This document shows positions 1 through 8,629 of a stretch of DNA of 40,570 nt, piece after piece. The stretch is from assembly GCA_011042305.1 (NCBI GenBank), contig DQXI01000238.1, forward strand, positions 1 through 40,570, read 5' to 3'. The DNA comes from Desulfobacteraceae bacterium (GTDB taxonomy: Bacteria; Desulfobacterota; Desulfobacteria; Desulfobacterales; UBA2174). A program made the position numbers and the translations under genes. Position 1 is the stretch's first letter, and the number at the start of each line of letters is the position of its first letter. The notes under the pieces were generated by a model. The model was not told where the DNA came from, ran no database searches, and worked only from the letters and a program-made list of their open reading frames with translations.

Positions 1-807
1 AGCTGGGTGTTGGCCTGGATGCGCTTTGACTGGTTCGCCGCCGGCCAGCCCCATACCTTCGTCCCCCTCTGGCTGAGCTACATCGCCGTGGTCAACGCCC
101 TGGCCTACCGGCGCACCGGCCGCTGCATGCTGACCCACCAACGGCGGCACCTGGCGTTCCTGTTTGCCGGCAGCGCCGTTTTCTGGTGGTTTTTCGAGTA
201 TTTGAACCGCTTCGTGCAAAACTGGTACTACACGGGCGCCGAATACGGCGCCGTGACCTACAGCCTCCTGGCCACCGCCTCGTTTGCCACGGTGCTGCCG
301 GCGGTGCTGGGCACCCGGGACTGGCTGGCCGGTTTCGATCTGTTTCGCCGCGGCTGGGACGGCTGGCCGGCCCCGGTCCCGCGCAGCCCCCGGCGCGCGG
401 CGGCGGCGGTCCTGGTTCTGGCGGCCGCGGCCCTGGCGGCAATCGCCGCCTGGCCGAACCAGCTATTTGCCCTGGTTTGGGTGGCGCCGCTGGGGGTGGT
501 GGCCTCGGTGCAAACCCTCTGGGGTCGGCGGCACCTGCTGGGCGAGCCGACCCGGGGCCACTGGTCACCGGTGGTCACATCGGCGGCGGCCGCCTTGGTG
601 TGCGGCTTTTTCTGGGAAATGTGGAACGCGGGCAGCCTAGTGGGGTGGACTTACACGGTGCCCTACGTGCAGCGCTTCGAGCTCTTTGCCATGCCGATCC
701 TCGGCTACGCCGGCTACCTGCCCTTCGGGCTGGAATGCGCCGCGGTGGAAGAGCTCCTGGGAGAACTTTCCGGCGGCAGGACAGGAGCCGCCCATGATGT
801 TTCTTAA
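1..807 (+). CDS. Multi-pass membrane protein of unknown function (5' end truncated by window)
   Basis: Frame is open from base 1. Many hydrophobic segments and two similar W/E/N-rich motifs (FWWFFEYLNRFVQNWYY; FFWEMWNAGSLVGWTY..LFAMPILGYAGYLPFGLE). Confidence 0.75.
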   Translation, partial: SWVLAWMRFDWFAAGQPHTFVPLWLSYIAVVNALAYRRTGRCMLTHQRRHLAFLFAGSAVFWWFFEYLNRFVQNWYYTGAEYGAVTYSLLATASFATVLPAVLGTRDWLAGFDLFRRGWDGWPAPVPRSPRRAAAAVLVLAAAALAAIAAWPNQLFALVWVAPLGVVASVQTLWGRRHLLGEPTRGHWSPVVTSAAAALVCGFFWEMWNAGSLVGWTYTVPYVQRFELFAMPILGYAGYLPFGLECAAVEELLGELSGGRTGAAHDVS

Positions 808-860
808 AGTGACGAGGGCCTGAAGCGTGCTAACGTTACGGCAAACTGGAGGGCGTTACA

Positions 861-1232
861 ATGGAATGGATTCTTTATGTCATCAGCATTCTCTGGCTGT
901 CGGTGGGCGTCTGCCTGATCCTGTACACCGAGGAGACCCGCGGCGTCATCAAGGGGTTGTTGCGCCAGGCCGATCCACGCCTGGTGGCCGTCTGGCCGGC
1001 GCTGTTCGGTTTGGCGCTCATCGTGGCCGCCGGCGTCAGCCACTACCCCTGGTTCGTGCGGCTGCTGGGCCTCCTGGCCTTCACCAAAGCGGCCACGTTC
1101 GCCTTCAACCTGCAGAATCTCGGCCAGTGGTTTACAAACTGGTTTCTGGAGAAAGCCAATGACCGCACCTGCCGCCTCTGGGGCATCGTGGTCCTGATCC
1201 TGGCCACGGCCCTCTTTTCCTGGGTCCGCTGA
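861..1232 (+). CDS. Small membrane protein (about 4 TM), unknown function
   Basis: GGAGG SD before the ATG; 123 aa with four hydrophobic stretches. Confidence 0.75.
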   Translation: MEWILYVISILWLSVGVCLILYTEETRGVIKGLLRQADPRLVAVWPALFGLALIVAAGVSHYPWFVRLLGLLAFTKAATFAFNLQNLGQWFTNWFLEKANDRTCRLWGIVVLILATALFSWVR

Positions 1233-1260
1233 CCGGCCGGGCCTCTGGGCCCCGCCGGTC
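1231..1260. terminator. GC-rich hairpin between convergent genes
   Basis: gaccggc...gccggtc inverted repeat fills the gap between two stop codons; no clear U-tract. Confidence 0.35.
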
Positions 1261-2505
1261 TCACTCGTATATTTTTTCCTCCACCGCGTCCGACGAGGCG
1301 GCGTCTGACTCGAAGTCGCGCGCGACCTGGCCGGAGCGGCGCTGGGCGTACTCCCGGTACCACTCGTGGGCCGTGATCATGCTCATCACTTCGCTGGTGC
1401 CGGTCCAAATGGAGGCCAGGCGCAGGTCGCGCACGACGCGCTCCACCGGGAAAATGTCGGTGTAGCCGATGCCGCCCATGACCTGCATGCTGTTGTGAGC
1501 CGCCTTCTGGCAGGCCTCGGTGACGAACTTTTTCGTTTCCGAAACCAGGCGACGGACCAGGTTCGTCGGCTGCCCGGTGTCCACCGCCCGGGCCGTGGTG
1601 TAGATCATGGCCCGGGCCGCGTCCAGCAGCATGGCGGCTTCGGCCACCTGGAAGCTGACCCCCTGGAATTGGTTAATGGTGGAGCCGAAGGCCTTGCGCC
1701 GGGTGGTGTAGCCGGTGGCCACGTCCAGCGCCGGACGGGCCGCCCCGATGGTCATGGCCGCCGTGCCGAGGCGCTCGGGGATCATCATGGTGTTGAAGAC
1801 CGCGTAGCCGCCGTCCAGCTCACCGACGATGTGCTCCGGCCCCACCCTCACGTCGCGGAACACCACCCGTCCGGCCCCCCCGCCGCGGCAGCCCATCAAG
1901 CCGTAGCGATAGGCGGTCTCCACCCCGGGGCCACGGTCGACCACGAAACAGGTCAGGGCCTTGTGCGCCGGGGCGTTGGGGTTGGTACGGGCGTAGACCA
2001 GGAAGAAATCGGCACCTTCGGCGCCAACGATGAACCGTTTCTGGCCGTTGAGGATGAAATGGTCGCCTTGGCGTTCAGCCGTGGTAGTGGTGCCGAAAAA
2101 ATCGCTGCCGCCCCTCGGCTCGGTGAGACACTCGGCGGCAAAGCGTTCGCCGGCCAGCAACGGCTTGACGTAGTTTTCCTTCTGGGCGTCGCTGCCATGC
2201 TGGATGATGGCATCGCAGACCAGCTCGGCCCCCACCCCGAAAACGCAGGCGAAAATATAGCCCAGCGTGCCCACCTCTTCCATCACGGCGCAGGTGCTCA
2301 CCCAGTCCAGGTCGCGGCCGCCCCACCGGCGCGGGTAGCGGCAGCCCATGAGGTTGCGCCGGCCCGCCTCCTGCAAAAACTCTTTGGGGAACCGGATCTC
2401 GTCGCGGTCCATGGCCAAAACCATCTCCCGCGGCACCCAGCGCACCAGGTCCCGCACCTCTTCCACCAGGCCCCGGGCCGGCTCGGAAAGCAGGTAATCA
2501 AACAT
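1261..2505 (-). CDS. Acyl-CoA dehydrogenase (IVD/LCAD-type catalytic Glu placement)
   Basis: CLTEPRGGSD, LNGQKRFI, ERLG, RKAFGSTINQFQGV, QVMGGIGY and RDLRLASIWTGTSE motifs; AGGAGG SD. Confidence 0.95.
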   Translation of the reverse strand: MFDYLLSEPARGLVEEVRDLVRWVPREMVLAMDRDEIRFPKEFLQEAGRRNLMGCRYPRRWGGRDLDWVSTCAVMEEVGTLGYIFACVFGVGAELVCDAIIQHGSDAQKENYVKPLLAGERFAAECLTEPRGGSDFFGTTTTAERQGDHFILNGQKRFIVGAEGADFFLVYARTNPNAPAHKALTCFVVDRGPGVETAYRYGLMGCRGGGAGRVVFRDVRVGPEHIVGELDGGYAVFNTMMIPERLGTAAMTIGAARPALDVATGYTTRRKAFGSTINQFQGVSFQVAEAAMLLDAARAMIYTTARAVDTGQPTNLVRRLVSETKKFVTEACQKAAHNSMQVMGGIGYTDIFPVERVVRDLRLASIWTGTSEVMSMITAHEWYREYAQRRSGQVARDFESDAASSDAVEEKIYE

Positions 2506-2535
2506 GGTTGACCTCCTTGGTAACAGGCTGCGGCT

Positions 2536-2619
2536 TCAGCCGCCTTTGGGATGGCCTTCTTCCAACTGCGCCAGCCGCCGGCGCAGCTTGGCCGCCACGG
2601 CTTGCAGGTCCTCTCCCAT
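2536..2619 (-). pseudogene. Mini-ORF MGEDLQAVAAKLRRRLAQLEEGHPKGG, possible C-terminal remnant of a MerR/LiuR regulator
   Basis: 27-aa amphipathic coiled-coil-like ORF between a LiuR-type palindrome and the acyl-CoA dehydrogenase. The family assignment is inference. Confidence 0.35.
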
Positions 2620-2659
2620 CTTCCGGGGTTGCCAGGTGCCAAAAACGTGCGCACAAACC

Positions 2660-2673
2660 TTACGTTAACGTAA
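2660..2673. promoter_or_regulatory. LiuR-type (MerR family) operator palindrome TTACGTTAACGTAA
   Basis: Perfect 14-bp AT-rich palindrome in GC-rich DNA, matching the LiuR consensus TTTACGTwwACGTAAA. Adjacent TTGCAT (-35-like) on the minus strand. Confidence 0.7.
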
Positions 2674-2839
2674 ATGCAAGCTCAAAACGGCGACGCCGTC
2701 AAGGACGGAATCCATTTCTCCCGCTGTTTTTCGGCTGGCCCACCGGCCCTTTTGGAAATGCGACGGCCGTGCTGAAAACCGGAGTGCGTCTCGAACGTCT
2801 GGGGGCCGCCCGCCGGCGGCGGCTCGTCTCGCAGCACCG

Positions 2840-3190
2840 TCAGTTGGATCTTTTCCCCACGGCCAGCGAGATCCCCTATCCGGTGAGCGGCGGCAGGATC
2901 CAGCGCAGGGTCTGGGGGAACCGGTACACCTGCCAGGTGGACAGCCCCAGGCTGCGGGCCGCCTCCCATTGACACCGGGGCACCGAGACGATGCCGGAGT
3001 GAAAGATCTCCAAGGCATAGGCCCCCTCGAAAAGGTTCAGGGCGAGTACGGCCGAGGGGAAGGCCTGGATCCCGAGAATCGGGGCCATCACGAAATAGAC
3101 GAAAAAGAGCTGCACCAGCAGAGGCGTGTTGCGGATGATCTCCAGGTAGCCGCGCGCCAGGACGCGACCCAGTGCGGCGAGCCGGTTTTT
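2840..3190 (-). pseudogene. Fragment of a polar amino-acid ABC transporter permease (HisM/GlnP type)
   Basis: YLEIIRNTPLLVQLFFVYF...GAYALEIFHSGIVSVPRCQWEAARSLGLS (EAA loop). N-terminus is missing, there is an in-frame TAG at 2876-2878 where GQAISL is expected, and no other ABC genes are nearby. Confidence 0.85.
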
Positions 3191-3224
3191 CGCAAGACCA
3201 TAGTAGGCTGGCGGTCTTCGAGTA

Positions 3225-4538
3225 TCAATCCAGCCGACCGACCAGTCTCCCGCGGGCATCCACGGCCTCGATGCGCACGGTGACCAGGGTCTCCATCAAC
3301 GCGTCAGGCCCGTCAAAAAGCACCGGCAGGTAGTTGTCGGTAACGATCTTCAGGCGGCCGGTCCGCGGATCGCGGCGACCTTCCACCGGGGCGGCGGCCT
3401 GGCGGCCCACGAACCGTCGATAGAAATCAAGGCGCTTGCGCTGCCCGAGGCGCCGCAGCCGCGCGCAACGGCTGCTGACAACGCCATCGGGAACCGGATC
3501 GGCCATGCGGGCGGCCGGGGTGCCGGCTCGCGGCGAAAAGGGAAACACATGCAGGTAGGCAAGGGGCAACTTGGCCGCCATTTGATAGGTACGCTCGAAA
3601 GCCGCCTCCGTTTCGCCGGGAAACCCCACCAGTACATCCAGCCCCACGGCAGCCCCGGGCACCGCGCGGGTGAAAGTAAGCACCAGGTCGGCCACATCCG
3701 TCCCGGTGTAGGGCCTTCCCATGCGCCGCAAGATCTCGTCGTCGCCGCTTTGCAGGGGGAGGTGAAAGTGGCGGCAACAGCGCGGCGATCCGGTCAGGGC
3801 GGTGATGAGGGCCGAATCAAACTCCTGGGGCTCCACCGAGCTGACCCGGAAGCGTCCAATGTCTCCGGCGGCATCGATGCGCCGCAGCAGGCCGGCCAGG
3901 GTGGATGCCGGGGTCAGATCCCTGCCGTAGCGGCCCAGATGGATGCCGGTGAGCACCACTTCGTGGTAGCCGGCAGCCCCGAGATCCGCGATGCGTGCCA
4001 GCACGTTTTCGGCGGGCAGGCTGCGGCTGCGCCCCCGGGCGTAGGGCACGATACAGTAGGTGCAAAAAGCATCGCAGCCGTCCTGGATCTTGAGCAAGGG
4101 CCGGGTGCGCCCGCCCACCACGGCATCGCAGACCGCCTCGAAGGGCCAGGCAGGCGATCGGGGGGCGACCACCGCCTCGGCCGGCCGGCGCGCCGTCTTT
4201 TCCTGCAAGCCTTGTACCAGCGCGGGGATGCGGTGTTTTTCGCTGTGCCCCACCACCAGGTCCACCCCTTCGATGGCTGTCAGGGCCTCCGGTTCCACCT
4301 GGGCGTAGCAACCGGTGACCACGATCCGCCCGGCGCCCTGGCGCTTGGCCCGACGCACCGCCTGGCGGCTTTGCATGGCGGCCCGGCCGGTGACGGTGCA
4401 GGTGTTGATCAGGCACAGGTCCACCGGCGGGCCGTCGGCCCGGCGCCAGCCGTGGTCGACGAGCCGGCGCGCCAGGGCTTCGGATTCGTACTGGTTGACC
4501 TTGCACCCGAGCGTGATGGTGGTGAAACTGCCGCCCAT
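3225..4538 (-). CDS. mtaB: tRNA t6A37 methylthiotransferase (radical SAM)
   Basis: TLGCKVNQYES, INTCTVT, VTGCYAQ, KIQDGCDAFCTYCIVPYARG, EVVLTGIHLG, HLPLQSG, HVFPFSPRAGT. Start placed at MGGSF (4538). Confidence 0.92.
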   Translation of the reverse strand: MGGSFTTITLGCKVNQYESEALARRLVDHGWRRADGPPVDLCLINTCTVTGRAAMQSRQAVRRAKRQGAGRIVVTGCYAQVEPEALTAIEGVDLVVGHSEKHRIPALVQGLQEKTARRPAEAVVAPRSPAWPFEAVCDAVVGGRTRPLLKIQDGCDAFCTYCIVPYARGRSRSLPAENVLARIADLGAAGYHEVVLTGIHLGRYGRDLTPASTLAGLLRRIDAAGDIGRFRVSSVEPQEFDSALITALTGSPRCCRHFHLPLQSGDDEILRRMGRPYTGTDVADLVLTFTRAVPGAAVGLDVLVGFPGETEAAFERTYQMAAKLPLAYLHVFPFSPRAGTPAARMADPVPDGVVSSRCARLRRLGQRKRLDFYRRFVGRQAAAPVEGRRDPRTGRLKIVTDNYLPVLFDGPDALMETLVTVRIEAVDARGRLVGRLD

Positions 4539-4810
4539 GTGAGGTTCCCTTCCCTGTTCGAAAAGAAGACCTTTAGACCACGCTCCCGCCCGCGTCAACC
4601 GGGGGGCTGCCGCCCGGCACGGCGCTGACAAGCGCCCATCTGGACGCTGCCCTGACAGGGACCGGTGGCCCGGAGCGGGACAATTGCGCAGCGGGCCGGA
4701 ATCTGATAGTTTTCCAGTCGCCCGCAACCTTCCCCCCATCACCCCCGGGCAACCGGCCGCGTCACGGTTTCCCGGTGCACCGGATCCACCCTAACGGCAG
4801 GGAGACGGCC

Positions 4811-5605
4811 ATGGGATTCAAAGAAAACCTCAAACGCAAGATCGATATCGACCGCCTTGCGGCCCGGGTGGTGGAATCCGTGAGCGGCGGCCCGGACAGC
4901 ACCCGGCGCATCGACAAGCCGGCCATGCGCCAACTGCTGGAGGCGGCCGGGTGGCAGGTGCGCCACGAACGGGACCTCGAACTCTACCTGCCCCCGAAAG
5001 ACGAAGCGGACCTCGTGCTGGTACTCGACAACGACCTGCCCCTCTACCGCACCACGGTGGACGACGTGGCCCTGCGCAAGAGCCCGACGGTCAAGGAGAT
5101 GGTGAGCATCCGCAACATCCGGCGCATCCTCAACGACGGCGATGTCGTTGTTTCCAAAAAGGCCGCCACCGTGGACCGGTTCCGCAGCGCCGCCGTCGCC
5201 CGCCTCGACCTGAACTACACCGCCGCCGACGTCTCGGCCATCGCCTTTGACGGCGCCGCCTCGCTCGATTCGCGCTATCCGGAAGGCGTCATCGAGGCGC
5301 TGGACCTGCTGGCCCAACTGCTGGGCTGGCAACCGCCACCGACGGCTTTCGCGTCTGTCCATCACCACATCTGCGGCCGCCTGGAGCGCCGGGACGGCGG
5401 AATACACTACGGCCCGCTGGCGGTCTTCAGCCGGGTCCACAACCGCCTGTGGTTCGTGGATCGCCCCCTGAATGTCGCCGACAGGGACGACGCCGCCTAT
5501 TTTCAGCACGTGCTCCAAGCCAAGGCCCGGGTCGCGGCCGAGGGCCTGGAAGCCTTCAAGGCGCTGGCCGCGGCCGTGCCGGCGCCAGGGCGCCTTGAGC
5601 CGTAG
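4811..5605 (+). CDS. Hypothetical soluble protein (about 264 aa)
   Basis: GGAG SD before ATG 4811; native codon usage and globular composition; no recognised motif. Confidence 0.8.
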   Translation: MGFKENLKRKIDIDRLAARVVESVSGGPDSTRRIDKPAMRQLLEAAGWQVRHERDLELYLPPKDEADLVLVLDNDLPLYRTTVDDVALRKSPTVKEMVSIRNIRRILNDGDVVVSKKAATVDRFRSAAVARLDLNYTAADVSAIAFDGAASLDSRYPEGVIEALDLLAQLLGWQPPPTAFASVHHHICGRLERRDGGIHYGPLAVFSRVHNRLWFVDRPLNVADRDDAAYFQHVLQAKARVAAEGLEAFKALAAAVPAPGRLEP

Positions 5606-5621
5606 CGCCGCGCCTGACGCC

Positions 5622-6014
5622 TTACCAGATGCATTTAATGCCGTATGCTGAAAAAAGCGGATCGGCGGTCATGACGGCCAAGTCCTCGACCAGGGCTTGG
5701 GCGATAAGCAGACGATCGAAGGGGTCGCGGTGATGAAACGGTAGCGTCGATACGGCAACGCAGTGCTCGGGTTCGATGGGCAGCCAGAGGATACCGTTGG
5801 CGATCATTTCGGCGTCAATCCGTTGCGGCCAGTCAGGTTGGAGCGCCAATTTGCCGAGGCTGATTTTGATGGCCATCTCCCAGAGACTGGCCATGCTGAG
5901 AAAAAGCCGGTGCGTCGGTTCCAGAAACGCCTGGCGCGCGGCGGCGCCTAGGCGCGGGTCGTCGCCGGCAATCCACAGAAAGGCTTGGGTGTCTATAAGA
6001 ATCTTCTTTATCAC
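5622..6014 (-). CDS. vapC: VapC-family PIN-domain toxin
   Basis: ILIDTQAFLW, SLWEMAIKISLGKL, HHRDPFDRLLIAQA. Start is GTG 6014 or TTG 6023. Confidence 0.92.
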   Translation of the reverse strand: MIKKILIDTQAFLWIAGDDPRLGAAARQAFLEPTHRLFLSMASLWEMAIKISLGKLALQPDWPQRIDAEMIANGILWLPIEPEHCVAVSTLPFHHRDPFDRLLIAQALVEDLAVMTADPLFSAYGIKCIW

Positions 6015-6023
6015 CGGCGGCAA

Positions 6024-6260
6024 TCAGGGCATGTACGGCTCGAAATCATCCAGGACGGCATTGAAGTCTTCGGCCATGCAGATCACAAGGTCTTTTTGCC
6101 GGCCGATGACACGCTCCCCCGCGGCGCCGGGCAGGACTTGGAGCCGGACCAGCGGCCGGCCGCTCTTGGCGATCACCACGTCCCTGCCCTTGAGGGCTTC
6201 CTGGATAAGTTGAGATAGCCGGGTCTTGGCTTCATGAATGTTGCATTGCAGCGGTTCCAT
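6024..6260 (-). CDS. Phd/YefM-family antitoxin
   Basis: NIHEAKTRLSQLIQEALKGRDVVIAKSGRPLVRL, directly upstream of the PIN toxin. Confidence 0.92.
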   Translation of the reverse strand: MEPLQCNIHEAKTRLSQLIQEALKGRDVVIAKSGRPLVRLQVLPGAAGERVIGRQKDLVICMAEDFNAVLDDFEPYMP

Positions 6261-6305
6261 GGTTTCGCCCCAAAAGCGTAATCCGAACGTCGAACCTTTA
6301 CATGA

Positions 6306-6340
6306 TTAGCTAACTTATATGACCAATCCTTGCACGTCAA
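6306..6340 (-). promoter_or_regulatory. Sigma70 promoter and autoregulatory operator of the phd-vapC pair
   Basis: TTGACG-17 bp-TAAGTT. The palindrome TTAGCTAA (6306-6313) and the related TTGGTCAT octamer (6319-6326) flank or overlap the -10. Confidence 0.6.
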
Positions 6341-6428
6341 TGCCAGTGAATGAAAATCCTTCGCCGGGCTTGACCCGATTCCGCAAAACCGGCGCATTGT
6401 CATTTGGTTTTGCTGAAAGGATCATGCC

Positions 6429-6785
6429 ATGACCGCCCTGATCGTCGTCCTGGTGCGGCTGCGCAACATGGTCAAGGAGGGCTGGAGCGGCATCGAGGTC
6501 CAGCTCAAGCGCCGGGTCAACCTGATCCAAACCGTACGGGGCTACCTGGACCACGAGCGCGGGGTATGCTGGAGAAGCTCACCGAGCTGCGCAGCCAGAC
6601 CCTGCAAACGGACCAACCCGCCGAGCGCGCGCCTGGAAGGCGACCTCGACCGGGCCATCGGCCGCCTTTTCGCCGTGGAGTCGTTTCCGAGCAACATCGT
6701 GGCCGGGGTGTCCGGCTTCCGCCAGGCGGAGTTTTTCGGAAACGAAGACGCGGCCGATCGGGCAGCGCCGAAAGTTGGATTCTAG
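6429..6785 (+). pseudogene. Collapsed LemA-family gene
   Basis: LVRLRNMVKEGWSGIEVQLKRR..TVRGYLDHE, then a frame shift to LEKLTELRSQ, back to LEGDLDRAIGRLFAV, fused directly to ESFPSNIVAG..FRQAEFF..APKVGF. The central YPxLKA region and most of the TM anchor are deleted. Confidence 0.85.
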
Positions 6786-6811
6786 AAACCGGAAGGAGCG
6801 GGCAGGCAGAA

Positions 6812-7660
6812 ATGACGGATCAATCGGGTGAGATGACCCACGTGGCCATCGACAACGCCAACCTGCTGATTCTGCCGGCGCCACGGCCGGCCGGGGTGAT
6901 GGTTTTTGTCCCGGCCCTGGGGGTTCGGGCCGACTATTACGCCGCCTTTGCCCGGGCGCTCACCCGCCACGGCATCACCGTGGTGCTCAACGAACTGCGC
7001 GGCCACGGCCGAAGCCCGTTGGTGCCCGGCCGGCATACCGATTTCGGCTACTCGGCCCTGATCAATGAAGACCTCAAGAAGGCGGTGGCGTACGTCCAGG
7101 CCAATTTCTCCAATCTGCCCCTGGTGTTGGCCGGCCACAGCCTCGGCGGCCAACTCGTTACCCTGTACGCCGCCCGCTACCAGCCGCCCGCCGCCGGCAT
7201 CATTCAGCTCGCTTGCAGTTCGCCCTACTACCGCGGGTTTCCGCCGGCCCGGCGCCGGGCCATCTACTGGGGCTCTTTCGTCATCCAGGCCGCCGCGGCC
7301 CTGATGGGCTACTTTCCCGGCCGCACCTTCGGCTTCGGCGGTAGGGAGGCCCGGCGCCTGATGAACGACTGGAGCCGCATCGCCCGCACCAACCTGTTCA
7401 ATTTCAGGGATGATCCTTACGACTACGACGGCACCCTGGCCGTGGTGGGCTGCCCGGTACTCTCCTTCTGCTTTCCCGCCGACACCTACGCCCCGCTGGC
7501 GGCCGCCCGCTACTTCACCGACAAGCTGCCCCAGAACCGGCTCAAGCTCCGCCTGCTGGACATTCCCGAGTTCCAGAACACCGACCACTTCAACTGGATC
7601 GCCCAGGGAGCGCTCATCGCCCCGCTGCTGGCCGCCTGGTTGTCCCGGGCGACGGTCTGA
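6812..7660 (+). CDS. Alpha/beta fold hydrolase
   Basis: ELRGHGRS, nucleophile elbow GHSLGG, D(TYAP) and H(FNW) triad candidates. The longer ORF from 6404 is an artefact of the LemA relic. Confidence 0.9.
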   Translation: MTDQSGEMTHVAIDNANLLILPAPRPAGVMVFVPALGVRADYYAAFARALTRHGITVVLNELRGHGRSPLVPGRHTDFGYSALINEDLKKAVAYVQANFSNLPLVLAGHSLGGQLVTLYAARYQPPAAGIIQLACSSPYYRGFPPARRRAIYWGSFVIQAAAALMGYFPGRTFGFGGREARRLMNDWSRIARTNLFNFRDDPYDYDGTLAVVGCPVLSFCFPADTYAPLAAARYFTDKLPQNRLKLRLLDIPEFQNTDHFNWIAQGALIAPLLAAWLSRATV

Positions 7661-8000
7661 GGCGGGTTTCCCGTTTCAGCACCTTCTGACCATAGGGGCA
7701 CACCGCCGAGCAGATGCCGCAGGTATGCCCGTCACGGTACCGGCGGTAGTGTTTTTTCCACTGGTCCCAGACGCTCGCATCCAGGATTCGCTCCCGCGCC
7801 ACCCCCGGGTGCCAAGCTTCGCCGGTCAGGGCCCCGGCCGGACAAGCCGTCACGCAACGCATGCACCGGCCGCAGAAACTTCTCACCGATGGCAGGCCCG
7901 TCTCCAAAAAACCGCGTCGGTGAACACGGTTCCCAACCGCACCCAGGACCCGTAACGGCGGGTGACGAGCTGGCAGTAACGCCCGAGCCGCTCCAGCCTC
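7657..8000 (-). pseudogene. C-terminal fragment of an epoxyqueuosine-reductase (QueG)-like 2x[4Fe-4S] protein
   Basis: LGRYCQLVTRRYGSWVRLGTVFTDA in one frame, a frameshift at the T6 run (7906-7911), then SFCGRCMRCVTACPAGAL...CGICSAVCPYG. No N-terminal half. Confidence 0.8.
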
Positions 8001-8005
8001 GGCCG

Positions 8006-8629
8006 CTAGCCGCTGCGCTGTATGCCGGCAGCGAGAAAGCCGGCTCCCATCAGCGCAGTGCCGCCGCAGCGATTCAGCCGTTTGCGGACCGTGGTCCTGC
8101 GGATGGCCGCCCTCAACCGGCTGGCAAACAAGGCGTAAAGCGCGACGTTGACGGCGCCCAATACCAGAAAGGTGCCGCCCAGCAGGATGAGTTGACCCGC
8201 CACCGGTTTGCACGGGCTGATGAACTGCGGCAAAAATGCCACAAAAAAGGCAATGCTCTTGGGGTTCAAGGCCGTTACAATGAAGGCGCTTTTGAAAAGT
8301 CCAACCGATGAGATGCAGAGGGGGCTCCCGAAGCACTCTCTTTTCGGATCTGCCCGCCACAAACGGATGCCCAGATAAATGAGGTACAGTGCGCCGATCC
8401 ACTTGAATACCGTGAACAGGGCGGCGGATGCACTCATGACGGCGCCCAGCCCCAGGAGAGAGAGCGTCATCGCGGTGAAGTCGCCCAGCACCACCCCCGC
8501 GGCCAGCGGTACCACCGACCTGCGCCCACAGGTCACCGCCTGGCTGACCACCAGGATGATCGTCGGCCCCGGAATGATCAAAACGATCGTCACCGCCAAC
8601 AGGTAGGCGATCCAGAGCTCGGCGCTCAT
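8006..8629 (-). CDS. LysE/RhtB-family amino-acid exporter
   Basis: IIPGPTIILVV, KWIGALYLIYLG, LNPKSIAFFVAFLPQFI; AAGGAG SD before MSAELW. Confidence 0.93.
   Translation of the reverse strand: MSAELWIAYLLAVTIVLIIPGPTIILVVSQAVTCGRRSVVPLAAGVVLGDFTAMTLSLLGLGAVMSASAALFTVFKWIGALYLIYLGIRLWRADPKRECFGSPLCISSVGLFKSAFIVTALNPKSIAFFVAFLPQFISPCKPVAGQLILLGGTFLVLGAVNVALYALFASRLRAAIRRTTVRKRLNRCGGTALMGAGFLAAGIQRSG

Noticed and set aside
2876-2878. In-frame TAG as possible pyrrolysine or readthrough
   Set aside because: The surrounding gene is truncated and degenerate; a CAG-to-TAG nonsense change in a pseudogene is simpler.
6404-6811. 418-aa ORF suggesting an N-terminally extended hydrolase
   Set aside because: The extension is an out-of-frame read of the LemA relic; the hydrolase has its own start near 6812.
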